Below are positions 48,902 to 58,798 of a DNA stretch of 64,000 nucleotides, in pieces (the stretch's first letter is position 1; the number at the start of each line of letters is the position of its first letter). A program made the position numbers and the translations under genes. The notes beneath the pieces were generated by a model. It saw only the letters and a program-made list of their open reading frames with translations, ran no database searches and was not told where the DNA came from. Source of the stretch: a bacterium (GTDB lineage: Bacteria; UBA8248); NCBI GenBank assembly GCA_965219955.1, contig OZ244799.1, positions 1,440,001 to 1,504,000 of the forward strand, in the 5' to 3' direction.

Positions 48902-49786
48902 ATGCCCGAAGTGAGAACAAACGGCGTCAGTCTGTATTACGAAGCCAGCGGCGAGGGCGCTCCCGTCGTCTTCGTTCATGAATTCGCGGGCGACTGCCGC
49001 AGCTGGGAAGACCAGGTTCGCTATTTCAACCGCAGATACAGGGTCATCACCTACAACGCGAGAGGATTCCCGCCCTCCGAGGTGCCTGAAGACCCATCGC
49101 AATACAGCCAGGACATCGCCGTGAACGACCTGGCCGGTCTCATCAGGGAATTGAACCTAGCGCCCGCCCACGTCGTGGGACTGTCGATGGGCGGCTATGC
49201 GACGCTCCATTTAGGCCTCCGGCACCCCGAGCTTGCCCGCTCCATCGTCGTGGCAGGCTGCGGCTACGGCTCCGAGATGGACCAGCGCGAACGATTCCAG
49301 AAAGACGCGAACGAAGTGGCCGACAGGTTCCTGAACGAGAGCATGGATAAGTTCGGCCCCGTCTACACCGCCGGCCCCACGCGCATGCAACTGAAGAGAA
49401 AGGACATGACCGGCTATCAGAAATTCATCGACCATTTCATGAGCCATTCCCCCCTGGGCTGCGCCAACACGATGCGCGGGGTGCAAAGCGCGAGACCTTC
49501 GGTCTATGAACTCGAAGAACAGATGAAGAACTGCTCCGTCCCAACGCTCGTTCTCACCGGAGATGAAGACTTTCCCTGCCTGGAACCCGGGCTGTTCATG
49601 AAGCGCAACATCCAGACGGCCGCCCTAGTCACCTTCCCCAACTCCGGCCATCTCATCAACCTCGAAGAACCCGCCATGTTCAACCGGGTCGTTCTCGAGT
49701 TCATCACCGAGGTGGATGCCGGACGCTGGCCGACGCGCGATCCGCTTTCGATGGGAGAATCCGCGCTCCTGCCGGATGAGGAATAG
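48902..49786 (+). CDS. Alpha/beta hydrolase
   Basis: HEFAGD, GLSMGG nucleophile elbow, GDED, SGH. Confidence 0.9.
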   Translation: MPEVRTNGVSLYYEASGEGAPVVFVHEFAGDCRSWEDQVRYFNRRYRVITYNARGFPPSEVPEDPSQYSQDIAVNDLAGLIRELNLAPAHVVGLSMGGYATLHLGLRHPELARSIVVAGCGYGSEMDQRERFQKDANEVADRFLNESMDKFGPVYTAGPTRMQLKRKDMTGYQKFIDHFMSHSPLGCANTMRGVQSARPSVYELEEQMKNCSVPTLVLTGDEDFPCLEPGLFMKRNIQTAALVTFPNSGHLINLEEPAMFNRVVLEFITEVDAGRWPTRDPLSMGESALLPDEE

Positions 49787-49808
49787 TATGCAACACCAAG
49801 GAGAAGAC

Positions 49809-50570
49809 ATGCCGGGCAAGCTGGAGGGAAAAAGAACGATCATCACGGGCGCCTCATCCGGCATCGGCGCGGCCATCGCGCGCAGATTCAGCGCGGAGGG
49901 CGCATCCATCTGGGCGGCGGGCGGCTTCAACCAGGAGCGCCTCGACGGAGTCATCGCCGATTGCAGCGCGGGAGTCGGCAAAATCGACGGACGGTGCTAC
50001 GACTTGAGAGACGCGAGAAAAGCGAACGAACTCATGAGCGACGGCGCACAATTCCTGGGCGGTCTCGACATCATGGTGAACTGCGCCGCCATGCGGGGAC
50101 ACAAGAGTTTCCTGGAGTTCACCGACGAGCAGATAGACGAGTTGTATGAGGTGAACGCGAAATCCGTGTTCATCGCCACGCGCGAGGCGGCAAGGCTCAT
50201 GGCGCCCCAGGGCAAGGGAAAGATCCTGATGATAGGCTCCATCGACGGGGAGCGCGGGGTGCCCGGCAACGCGCTCTACTGCGCCACGAAGACCTCCATG
50301 CACAATTTGACGCGCGCCCTGGCCGTGGAACTCGGCCCTCTGGGGCTTCGCGTCAACTGCCTCATGCCGGGAACCACCGAGAGCGAGCGCGTGAAGGAAA
50401 TTCACGTCAACGACCCCGAGCGCGCCAGGGCGAAACTGCCCCGGATACCGGTGAACCGCTTTGCGACCCCCGAGGAGATGGCCGAAGTCTCGCTCTTCAT
50501 GGTTTCGGAGGCGAACGATTTCATGAACGGCGCCTTCATCTCATGCGACGGCGGCACACTGGCGATGTAG
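49809..50570 (+). CDS. SDR oxidoreductase
   Basis: TGASSGIG, YCATK. Confidence 0.9.
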   Translation: MPGKLEGKRTIITGASSGIGAAIARRFSAEGASIWAAGGFNQERLDGVIADCSAGVGKIDGRCYDLRDARKANELMSDGAQFLGGLDIMVNCAAMRGHKSFLEFTDEQIDELYEVNAKSVFIATREAARLMAPQGKGKILMIGSIDGERGVPGNALYCATKTSMHNLTRALAVELGPLGLRVNCLMPGTTESERVKEIHVNDPERARAKLPRIPVNRFATPEEMAEVSLFMVSEANDFMNGAFISCDGGTLAM

Positions 50571-50653
50571 CCTCACTGCGGTCCCCGGGAAAAGGAATAC
50601 CCCATCCATACGAGAGCATCACGATTTGCCAACCCACGGAGGTTTATCGAGCG

Positions 50654-52024
50654 ATGAAGAAAGCCCCTATCATTTGTGAGGATGTCACGCCCGCTTTCCC
50701 GTCCTACCCGTTGGCGGTCAAGGCCGGTGAGCTTCTGTTCGTCTCGGGTTTAAGGCCCACAGGCCCGGCGGGTTTCGCGGACCTGCCCGAAGCGGGCTGT
50801 GAGCAGATGCAGGGCTATCTGCTCGCCGACCTCACCGAAGGCCGCGTAGTCGCTGACTCCTGGGCGGTGCACGACAGCCTCGAGAAAATTCTCGTCGCGG
50901 CGGGCACGCATCGCGACCAGGTGTTGCGCCAGCACATCTGGCAGCGCGACAAGCGCTATTTCCCCAGCTACGAACACGTCCGGGTGCATTGGCAGCCGAC
51001 GCCCGCGCCCAGCAGCGGACTGGGCGTGACGGACGTCATCGGACGCGGCAGGCACTGGATCGGGGTCGACGCCATCGCCGCCTGCATACAACCCGGCGGC
51101 GTGTTCGGCGGACGCCAGGTGCTGACCGACGTCTACAACCCGGATCTGCCCGCGGCCTCGCACTACTGCCAGGCGATACGCTCTGGCGCCTTCGCCTTCT
51201 TCGCGGGCCACATCCCCATCAAGACCGCGGAGCCCGGAAAACCGCTGGTCAACTCTTATGACGACGTGCCGGAGGAGGGTCGTTTCCTCTCGACGGGGCG
51301 CAGCCACCCGGACAGCCGCCACGGCCCCATCGCGTCGCAGACCTGGTACGTCTACAACGAACTGAGTCGAACGCTCGCGGGCCACGGCATGGATATGGAA
51401 GACGTCGTGAACGTGTCGATTTTCCTGAGCGACCTGCGTGATTTCTCCACGTTCCACCGGGTGCACACCCATTTCTTCCCCGAAGTCCAGCCGTCGCTTT
51501 GCGTCACGGGATTCGACGAGGTGGGCCACCGCGGCACGCGCATCGAGATCGAAATCACCGCCATGGACCGGCGCAGCGGTCTCGCCCGCCAATCGTTCCC
51601 CTGGCCGGGAACGGCGCCCTTCGCGGCGCCCGCCGTCACGCAGGCGGGGCCGGTTTGTTACTTCTCGGGCATGGTGGGCGTCGATGAGGCGGGAGCGATC
51701 GTCCGGAGCGCGGACGCCCTTCCCGAGGCGGGGCGGCGCGCCGTGTCGGCCATGGAAGATATAGAGCGGCGGCCGGGTCTCGCCGCGCAATGCTGGATGG
51801 CGTGGGAGCAGCTTCTCGCAAGCGCTTCAGGTGCGGGCATGGAGCTGGCGGACATCGCCATGACCAGGGTGTACCTCTCCGACCCGGCGGACCTGGCGGT
51901 CTACGAGGCGGTTCGCGAGACCATCATCGACGAGGACCTGCCCGCTTTCGAGTGCGTGATCGTGCATGGCCCCGGCCCGGTCGCCGAAGCGCTGATCCAG
52001 ATTGACGCCATCGGTGTGAAATAA
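50654..52024 (+). CDS. Triple tandem RidA/YjgF-domain protein
   Basis: Three repeats: AVKAGELLFVSG...GVDAIA; AIRSGAFAFFAG...IEIEITA; VTQAGPVCYFSG...IQIDAIG. Confidence 0.8.
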   Translation: MKKAPIICEDVTPAFPSYPLAVKAGELLFVSGLRPTGPAGFADLPEAGCEQMQGYLLADLTEGRVVADSWAVHDSLEKILVAAGTHRDQVLRQHIWQRDKRYFPSYEHVRVHWQPTPAPSSGLGVTDVIGRGRHWIGVDAIAACIQPGGVFGGRQVLTDVYNPDLPAASHYCQAIRSGAFAFFAGHIPIKTAEPGKPLVNSYDDVPEEGRFLSTGRSHPDSRHGPIASQTWYVYNELSRTLAGHGMDMEDVVNVSIFLSDLRDFSTFHRVHTHFFPEVQPSLCVTGFDEVGHRGTRIEIEITAMDRRSGLARQSFPWPGTAPFAAPAVTQAGPVCYFSGMVGVDEAGAIVRSADALPEAGRRAVSAMEDIERRPGLAAQCWMAWEQLLASASGAGMELADIAMTRVYLSDPADLAVYEAVRETIIDEDLPAFECVIVHGPGPVAEALIQIDAIGVK

Positions 52025-52054
52025 AAAAGACAATCGCGCCGACGATTTACGGGG

Positions 52055-52738
52055 TCAGAACCAGGCCCACAAATCTTCCTTTGCGCGCAGTTCTTCACTT
52101 GCGCCGTCGAACACCACGCGCCCGCCTTTGAGCACGATGGCCCGCTCGACGACGTCCAGGGCGGCGAGCACGTTCTGCTCGACGAGGATCAGCCCGGTGC
52201 CGAGTTCCGAGTTGATGCGCGAGAGCGAGCCCAGCACGTTTTTCACGATTGCAGGTGCGAGGCCGGCGGTCGGCTCGTCGAGGAGGAGAATTTGCGGCCG
52301 CGTCATCAAGGCCAGCGAGACCGCGAGCATCTGCTGCTCTCCACCGCTCATGTCGCCTGCGAGCTGGTCCTGGCGTTCCCGCAGCAGCGGAAAAAGGGCA
52401 TAGGCCTCCTCGAGAAACGAGGAGTCTGACTTCGAACCCGCAATGTGGAGATTCTGCTCGACCGTGAGGTTCGGAAAGACGTTCTGGACCTGCGGCACGA
52501 AGCCGATTCCCAGCATGACGTTGCGGTGAACCTGATCGGCGACAATCGGCGAACCACCAAAAGCCACGGCGCCCGAGACATCCCTGACGCCGCCGACCAG
52601 GCATTTGAGAAGCGTCGACTTGCCTGAACCGTTGTGGCCAAAAATCCCCATCCGTACACCGGTATCGAAAGACAGCGACACGTCGTTCACGGCGACAAGT
52701 GGCCCGTAGCGGGCCGTGAGGTTTTGGATTTCGAACAT
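52055..52738 (-). CDS. Branched-chain-type ABC ATPase (LivF-like)
   Basis: GHNGSGKS, MSGGEQQML, DEPTAGLAP. Confidence 0.9.
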   Translation of the reverse strand: MFEIQNLTARYGPLVAVNDVSLSFDTGVRMGIFGHNGSGKSTLLKCLVGGVRDVSGAVAFGGSPIVADQVHRNVMLGIGFVPQVQNVFPNLTVEQNLHIAGSKSDSSFLEEAYALFPLLRERQDQLAGDMSGGEQQMLAVSLALMTRPQILLLDEPTAGLAPAIVKNVLGSLSRINSELGTGLILVEQNVLAALDVVERAIVLKGGRVVFDGASEELRAKEDLWAWF

Positions 52739-52754
52739 CGTTCTCTCTCGATTC

Positions 52755-53522
52755 CTACGGGTGTTCGCCGCCGAAATACAGGTCCGTGAGTTGCGAATCG
52801 CGCGTCAGTTCGTCGACGGAGCCGCTGGCCAGAACGCAACCGTTGAACATGAAAACCGTGCGATCGCTGATGTCGCGTATGAACGAGATGTTGTGCTCCA
52901 CCACGCAGACCGCGCGCCCGGCCTGGGCCTCTTCGCGGATGACGCGGATGATCGTTTCATACGCCTGTCCCTCGACGCCCGCCATGGGTTCATCCAGCAA
53001 CAGGCACGCCGCGTCGCTCATCAGCGCCCGGGCGAGGCCGATCCGCTTCTGCTGGCCGTAGGAGAGTTCGATCGCCATCTCGTGCATCTTGTCGGCGAGA
53101 CCCACCCGCTCGAGAAGCACCATGGCCTTCTCCGTCGCTTCCTGGCGGAAGGCGTCGACCGAGCGGCGGCGGAACAGAATGCGCGCCAGCGATTCTCCGG
53201 GGTAGCGACGCGTCGCTATCAGCAGGTTGTCGATCACCGACATCGAGTGAAACATGCGGGTGTTCTGCCAGGTTCGGGCCAGCCCGATCCGCGCGCGGTG
53301 GTGCATGGGCAGTTGATCCACGCGATGGCCTTCCAGGGTGATTGAACCCGCATCGGGGGGAATCACGCCCGAGATCAGGTTGAACAAAGACGTCTTGCCC
53401 GCCCCGTTGGGTCCGATGAGGCCGACGATCTCGCCCGCCTCGAAGCTCAGGTTGACGTCGTCCGCCACCACGATTCCGCCAAAGCTCTTGTGCAGATCCT
53501 CGATCCGGACGATTGCGCTCAT
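52755..53522 (-). CDS. Branched-chain-type ABC ATPase (LivG-like)
   Basis: KSFGG, GPNGAGKT, LSYGQQK; real start at MSAIVR. Confidence 0.9.
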   Translation of the reverse strand: MSAIVRIEDLHKSFGGIVVADDVNLSFEAGEIVGLIGPNGAGKTSLFNLISGVIPPDAGSITLEGHRVDQLPMHHRARIGLARTWQNTRMFHSMSVIDNLLIATRRYPGESLARILFRRRSVDAFRQEATEKAMVLLERVGLADKMHEMAIELSYGQQKRIGLARALMSDAACLLLDEPMAGVEGQAYETIIRVIREEAQAGRAVCVVEHNISFIRDISDRTVFMFNGCVLASGSVDELTRDSQLTDLYFGGEHP

Positions 53523-54433
53523 TCCGCATCCCTCCTCGCCCTGAAGGCCGCGCTCGCGCTCCAGGCCTCGAGCCCTCCGCCGCCCCTGGTGCCTCCCGTC
53601 AGGCCCTGGGGCCGGGCGAAGAGGAAGAATATGACGAGCGTCGTGTAGATGACGCCCTGAAGCGGCGCCATGATGGAGACGGGCAGACCGAGAAACGTGA
53701 TGGCCTGCGGAAGGGTCGTCAGGAGCACCGCGCCCACGAGGGGGCCCCAGGTCGTGGCGGCGCCGCCCACGACCACCATCGTCAGCAGGGCCGCTGAGGT
53801 GAATATCCCGAACTGCTCGGGCGTGACGTAGGCGAAATAATGGGCATACAGCGCGCCCGCCAGGCCGGCCATGCCCGAGCCGATGGCAAACAGGACGATC
53901 TTGATGTTCATCGCGTTGCGGCCCAGGGCGCTGAAGGCTTCCTCGTCGTTGCGCATGGCGGTGATGGCCCGCCCGTAATCCCCCTCGACGATCCAGCCCA
54001 CAAGCAGGACCGCGCAGGCGGCGACGACCGCGATAAGCAACACGAAGACGAGGCTTCTCGACGGGCCTTCGTTCAGCACCGGAATGTTGGTCAGCCCGCC
54101 GGCCGCGCCGGTGAATTCGAGGTTGTTGATGACGTGCAGGATTCCCAACTGGAACCCGATGCTGGCGATGACGAGGTAATCGCCCGACACGCGAAGCGAG
54201 GGCAGCGAAACGCCGAACGAGAGCACCATCGCGATTCCTGCCCCCATCAGGATCGAGAGTGGAACCGGAATTTGCAGGTGAATCGCCAGAAGCCCCGAGC
54301 AATAGGCCCCGAGCGCGTAGAAGATGGGATGGGCGACGCTCATCAGCCCGCCGTATCCCAGAATGAGGTTGAAGCTCGTAGCGAGGATCACGTTGATCCC
54401 GATGAGCACCATCACTGTCAGGATGTATTCCAT
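53519..54433 (-). CDS. Branched-chain-type ABC permease (LivM-like)
   Basis: GYGGLMSVAH, LRVSGDY, AMRNDEEA. Confidence 0.9.
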   Translation of the reverse strand: MEYILTVMVLIGINVILATSFNLILGYGGLMSVAHPIFYALGAYCSGLLAIHLQIPVPLSILMGAGIAMVLSFGVSLPSLRVSGDYLVIASIGFQLGILHVINNLEFTGAAGGLTNIPVLNEGPSRSLVFVLLIAVVAACAVLLVGWIVEGDYGRAITAMRNDEEAFSALGRNAMNIKIVLFAIGSGMAGLAGALYAHYFAYVTPEQFGIFTSAALLTMVVVGGAATTWGPLVGAVLLTTLPQAITFLGLPVSIMAPLQGVIYTTLVIFFLFARPQGLTGGTRGGGGLEAWSASAAFRARRDAE

Positions 54434-54440
54434 TTCCGGC

Positions 54441-55388
54441 TCAGTCTCCCGCAGGGTCGGCCACCGCCACGGCGGCGGAGCGTCCCGATGGTCTCACCAG
54501 CCCGCTCAGCTTGCGCGGCAAGGCGAATCCGCGCGGGAAGAAGATGATGACGACGAAGATCAGGATATAGGCGAGCAGCGCCTGCCATTTGGAGGCGATG
54601 ACGAGAATGCTGAACGCCTGTATGAGGCTCAGCGCGACCGCCGCGATCCCGGCGAGAAAGATGTTGCCGATGCCGGCCAGAATCGTCGCGATGACGGCGA
54701 ATATCAACAGATGCTGGAGCGGCGTGGAGGGAAACAGCGCCGCCTTGGTCCCGAAAAGATACATGCCGGCGGTGATGAGCACCGCGGCGATGGAGATCGA
54801 AACGCCGTAGGCGCGCTTTCGGCTGATGCCGTATATCTCGGCCAGATTCTCGTTATCGGCGACGGCGATCAGATACCGGCCGTAGCGCGTGCGGTGGATG
54901 AACAGGTAGAGGAGCAGCATCAGCACCGCCGTCACCGCAATCGCCATCAAGTCCCAGTGGCTGATCGCAATGCCGGCGTATAAGTCGACGGGCCACAACA
55001 GGCTCGGGTAAAGCGTCTGCGGTTCGGTTCCGAAGATTAGCTCCATGAGATAGACCGAGAACTCCGAAAACACGATCGTGAAGATGAACAGGGTCAGGAT
55101 CGAGGAGTTGCGGTCGCGGAACACCATGAAGGCGCAGCGCTCCAGGGCGAGCGAGACGGCGAGCGTTATCAGGAGCCCGAAAACCAGGGCGGGAACCAGC
55201 GGCAGGCCCCAGCGCCGGAACGCCACGAGCAGGGAGTAATAGGCGAACACCATCACCCCGGCCTGGGCGAAGTTCCATATCTTGTTGACCTTGAGAACGA
55301 GCGAGAAGGCGACCGCGAACAGGCAGTAATAGGTCGCCGCGGCGAACCCCGTCCACAGGAGCTGCCCCAAAATCCCCCAGGTCAGCAT
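54441..55388 (-). CDS. Branched-chain-type ABC permease (LivH-like)
   Basis: NFAQAG, TRYGRYLIAVADN, FPRG. Confidence 0.88.
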   Translation of the reverse strand: MLTWGILGQLLWTGFAAATYYCLFAVAFSLVLKVNKIWNFAQAGVMVFAYYSLLVAFRRWGLPLVPALVFGLLITLAVSLALERCAFMVFRDRNSSILTLFIFTIVFSEFSVYLMELIFGTEPQTLYPSLLWPVDLYAGIAISHWDLMAIAVTAVLMLLLYLFIHRTRYGRYLIAVADNENLAEIYGISRKRAYGVSISIAAVLITAGMYLFGTKAALFPSTPLQHLLIFAVIATILAGIGNIFLAGIAAVALSLIQAFSILVIASKWQALLAYILIFVVIIFFPRGFALPRKLSGLVRPSGRSAAVAVADPAGD

Positions 55389-55417
55389 GGCTTGAAGTCA
55401 CACACGATAAAATCCCG

Positions 55418-55443
55418 GTGGGCGCGCCCGGCGGCGCGCCCAC
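55418..55443. repeat. Intra-operon hairpin between SBP and permease genes
   Basis: GTGGGCGCGCC-CGGC-GGCGCGCCCAC. Confidence 0.6.
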
Positions 55444-55462
55444 GCAGAGGAAGCATACGGGA

Positions 55463-56647
55463 TCAGTCCTTCTGGGAGCCGATAAGCGTGAATTTGCCGC
55501 CCTTGACCTGCCAGAAATAGACCGGCTTCTTGACGGTGTGGTCGTCGTTGATGGTCACCGTGTTGGTCAGGGGTTGCTCGAACGTCTTGATTGCCACGAG
55601 CGCCTTGCGCATGTTCTCGCCGGTGATCGGCAGCTTCTTGTCCAGCACCCACTTATAAAGCGCCGCCACGATGTAGGGCGCATCGTAGAAATACTGCGTA
55701 TAGGGCAGCCCGATGGGCATGCGCTTGTACGCCTTTTTCCAGCGCTCGATATAGGCGGGCAGGTTCTTGTTGTCCTCCACGCTGGGGGCCAGCGCGGTCA
55801 CGATGATGCCCTCGGCCCCCTTGCCCAACTGCTGGATCATCTTGGGGTTGAAAGCCGTCTGGTAGCTGGTGATCTGGGTCTTCACGCCGAGCTGGCGCAT
55901 CTGCGCGACGACGGCCGTGAAATCGCGGATCACGCTGTGGATGTGGATGATGTCGGGATTCGCCGCTTTCACCTTGAGCACCAGGCCGGTGAAGTCCGAA
56001 CGCTCCTGCTCGTAGGACTCATAGACGACGACTTTGCCGCCGGCCTTCTTGAAGCTGTTGCTGAAGACCTTGGCGCCGTCGCGGCCCGTCTCATGGTTGA
56101 CGTGGAGAACAGCGGCGCGTCGCTTGCCCATCTTCTGATAGGCGTATTTGCCTAAAGCGTTCATGTCCACGTCGGCCAGCGGGAAAGTCGTGTAGACGTA
56201 ATCGCCCAGCCGCGCGATGGCCGGCGCGTTTGCGCCCACGCTGAGCATCAGCACCTTCTCGCGGTTGGCGATGGGCGCGACCGCCTTGACCACGTTGCTG
56301 AACGCGGTGATGTATACCGGCACCTTCTCCACGTGGACGAAGCGGTTGACCACCGCGATGCCGACCTCGGGCTTCGCCTGGTGATCCAGGATGATGGCTT
56401 CGAGCGGATGGCCGTTGACGCCGCCCTTGGCGTTGATGTCGTCGACCGCCCAGCGGACCGCCTGCATCTGATCCTTGCCGAAAATCGCGGCGGGCCCGGT
56501 CAGCGGATCCGCAACTCCGAAGCGAAGCGGTTTCTTCTTGGCCGCCAGCGCGTCACCGGCGAGCGGCCCGCCCAACAAACCAATCGCTACGACGAGCGCA
56601 ACCCAGAAGGAGGCACGTTTCAGATAACGCGAAAAGATGTGGTTCAT
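55463..56647 (-). CDS. Branched-chain-type ABC substrate-binding protein (LivJ/K-like)
   Basis: Signal peptide, PLTGPAAIFG, INAKGGVNG. Confidence 0.9.
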   Translation of the reverse strand: MNHIFSRYLKRASFWVALVVAIGLLGGPLAGDALAAKKKPLRFGVADPLTGPAAIFGKDQMQAVRWAVDDINAKGGVNGHPLEAIILDHQAKPEVGIAVVNRFVHVEKVPVYITAFSNVVKAVAPIANREKVLMLSVGANAPAIARLGDYVYTTFPLADVDMNALGKYAYQKMGKRRAAVLHVNHETGRDGAKVFSNSFKKAGGKVVVYESYEQERSDFTGLVLKVKAANPDIIHIHSVIRDFTAVVAQMRQLGVKTQITSYQTAFNPKMIQQLGKGAEGIIVTALAPSVEDNKNLPAYIERWKKAYKRMPIGLPYTQYFYDAPYIVAALYKWVLDKKLPITGENMRKALVAIKTFEQPLTNTVTINDDHTVKKPVYFWQVKGGKFTLIGSQKD

Positions 56648-56793
56648 CGACTTTTCTCCCGTGTAGATGTGAACCCGGATATTCGGTTGTATGGCAGTCC
56701 AAAAATTACAACACGGCCTTTTGTTCCGTGTCAACGTTTCCGCGGGGCAATCAACAGGCGCGGCAGAAATCCCGATGAGCGGTGATTCGAGCG

Positions 56794-57867
56794 TCATCTC
56801 CCGTGGGCGCGGTGGTACGGGTCGGCGACATAGGCCTCATCCATCACGCCGAGCGCTCCGGCCGCTTTTTGCGGCCAGTAGGGCTCGCGCAGCATCTCGC
56901 GCGCCATGAAGACGATGTCGGCCTCGTCGTTTCGGACGATCTGATCCGCCTGCCACGCCTGGGTGATCATGCCCACTGTGGCAGTTGGAATTTCGGCTCC
57001 CGCGCGCACGGCTTGTGAGAGCGGCGTCTGGTATCCAGGCCCCACGGGAATCTTCGCCAGCGGCGTTCCTCCGCCTCCGCTGCAATCGATGAGGTCGACT
57101 CCTTCGGTTTTGAGGATTTTGGCGAGTTCTATCGTTTCATCGAGCGTCCAGCCGCCCTCGAAATAGTCGGTGCACGAGAGGCGGATGGCCAGCGGCTTCT
57201 CTTCCGGCCACTGTTCCCTCACGATTCGAACCGTCTCCAACGTGAAGCGGATGCGGTTCTCGAAGCTCCCGCCGTAGTTGTCTTCTCTTTGGTTCGAGAC
57301 CGGGGAGTGGAAGCCGTGGAAGAGATACCCATGCGCGCCGTGGATTTCGAGCCACCCGAATCCCGCCTCATCAGCACGTCTCGCGCCCTGGCGAAACGCT
57401 TCCTGAATCACGGCGATCTCCTCGACGCTCAGCGCCCTGGGCACGCGCGCCTTCTCGTGAAACGGAACGGCGCTCGGCGCCACGATCTCCCAGCCGCCCT
57501 CCTCGTCCGTGAGATAGCCCCCGCCCTCCCAGGTGGGCGCGCAGCTGCCCTTGCGGCCCGCGTGTCCTATCTGAATCCCGGCGACGGCCCCCTGGCCGGC
57601 GACGAAATGCGCGACCCGCGCCAGGGGTTCTACGTGCTCATCCGACCAGATGCCCGAGCACCCGCGCGTGATGCGTCCGCGCGCCTCCACGTTCGTCATC
57701 TCGACCATCACCAGACCCGCGCCGCCGACCGCGCGGGCGCCCAGGTGCACGAGATGCCAGTCGGTGAGCTTGCCGTCCTCGGCGCTGTACTGGCACATGG
57801 GGGAAACGCAAATCCGGTTCCTGAGCGTCACGCCCCGCAAAGAAAATTCATCGAAAAGTTTCGCCAT
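56794..57867 (-). CDS. NADH:flavin oxidoreductase (YqjM/NamA-type old yellow enzyme)
   Basis: VSPMCQYSA, HAGRK, HGAHGYL, YGGSFENR. Confidence 0.92.
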   Translation of the reverse strand: MAKLFDEFSLRGVTLRNRICVSPMCQYSAEDGKLTDWHLVHLGARAVGGAGLVMVEMTNVEARGRITRGCSGIWSDEHVEPLARVAHFVAGQGAVAGIQIGHAGRKGSCAPTWEGGGYLTDEEGGWEIVAPSAVPFHEKARVPRALSVEEIAVIQEAFRQGARRADEAGFGWLEIHGAHGYLFHGFHSPVSNQREDNYGGSFENRIRFTLETVRIVREQWPEEKPLAIRLSCTDYFEGGWTLDETIELAKILKTEGVDLIDCSGGGGTPLAKIPVGPGYQTPLSQAVRAGAEIPTATVGMITQAWQADQIVRNDEADIVFMAREMLREPYWPQKAAGALGVMDEAYVADPYHRAHGR

Positions 57868-57962
57868 CTTTCCTCTCATCCTTGAGAAACTGAAACACAA
57901 GAAAAATCCTCCGGGCGGTGTCTGGAAATCCCGCCCGGAGGAGAAAACGCGTTAGTCGCTTC

Positions 57963-58751
57963 CTACGGCGTCGCCCGGCGGCTGCCGCCATCCATGTAGA
58001 GGGAACTGCCGTTCACGTAAGAACACGCGGCGGAGGCCAGGAACGCCGCTACGTTCGCCACTTCTTCGGGCTCGGCGATTCTGCCGGCGGGCGTCCTCGC
58101 GCCGACTTCTTTCAAGAATTCCTCGACGTCCTTGCCCGCCTTGTCCGCGGGGCCCTGCATGAGGTCGCGCGCGCGCTGCGTGTTCGTCATGCCCGGGCAG
58201 ACGGTGTTCACCTGAATCCCCTCTCCCGCCACGGCGTCGGAGAGCGCTCTCGTGTTGTTGAGCACCGTGATGTTCGCTGCGCTCGTGGGAATGTTCCCCC
58301 GCGCCGGACTCGCGCCCGCGCCGCCCGCGATGTTCACGATGCGGCCCCAGCCGTTCTTCTTCATGTGGGGGATCACCAACTGGGACATGCGCAGATACCC
58401 GTAGGTCTTGAGCGTGAGCGCCTCGGTAATGAATTCCGCGTCGAGTTCAAGAATGTCTCCGCCCCGCGCCGCGCCCGCGCTGTTGATGAGGATGTCCACG
58501 CCGCCGAAATTCGCGACGCACGCATCGACCACCTTCTTGCAGCCATCGAGAGAGTTCAGATCGGAGGAGACGAACATGCCCTCGCCCCCTGCGGCGTTCA
58601 CATCTTCCACCGCTGTAGACAAAAGCGCCTCATCGCGCGCCGTGACGCAAACGCGGGCGCCCTCTTTCGCCAGCGCGATGGCGCATTCGCGGCCGATGCC
58701 GCGGCTCGCGCCGGTAACGATGGCAATCTTTCCACTCAGACCAAGATCCAT
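57963..58751 (-). CDS. SDR oxidoreductase (atypical active site)
   Basis: TGASRGIG; canonical YxxxK replaced by TSAAN. Confidence 0.85.
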   Translation of the reverse strand: MDLGLSGKIAIVTGASRGIGRECAIALAKEGARVCVTARDEALLSTAVEDVNAAGGEGMFVSSDLNSLDGCKKVVDACVANFGGVDILINSAGAARGGDILELDAEFITEALTLKTYGYLRMSQLVIPHMKKNGWGRIVNIAGGAGASPARGNIPTSAANITVLNNTRALSDAVAGEGIQVNTVCPGMTNTQRARDLMQGPADKAGKDVEEFLKEVGARTPAGRIAEPEEVANVAAFLASAACSYVNGSSLYMDGGSRRATP

Positions 58752-58798
58752 CCTTTTCTCCTTAGAAAATCATGAATAAAACGATGAAATGCCGCTGC

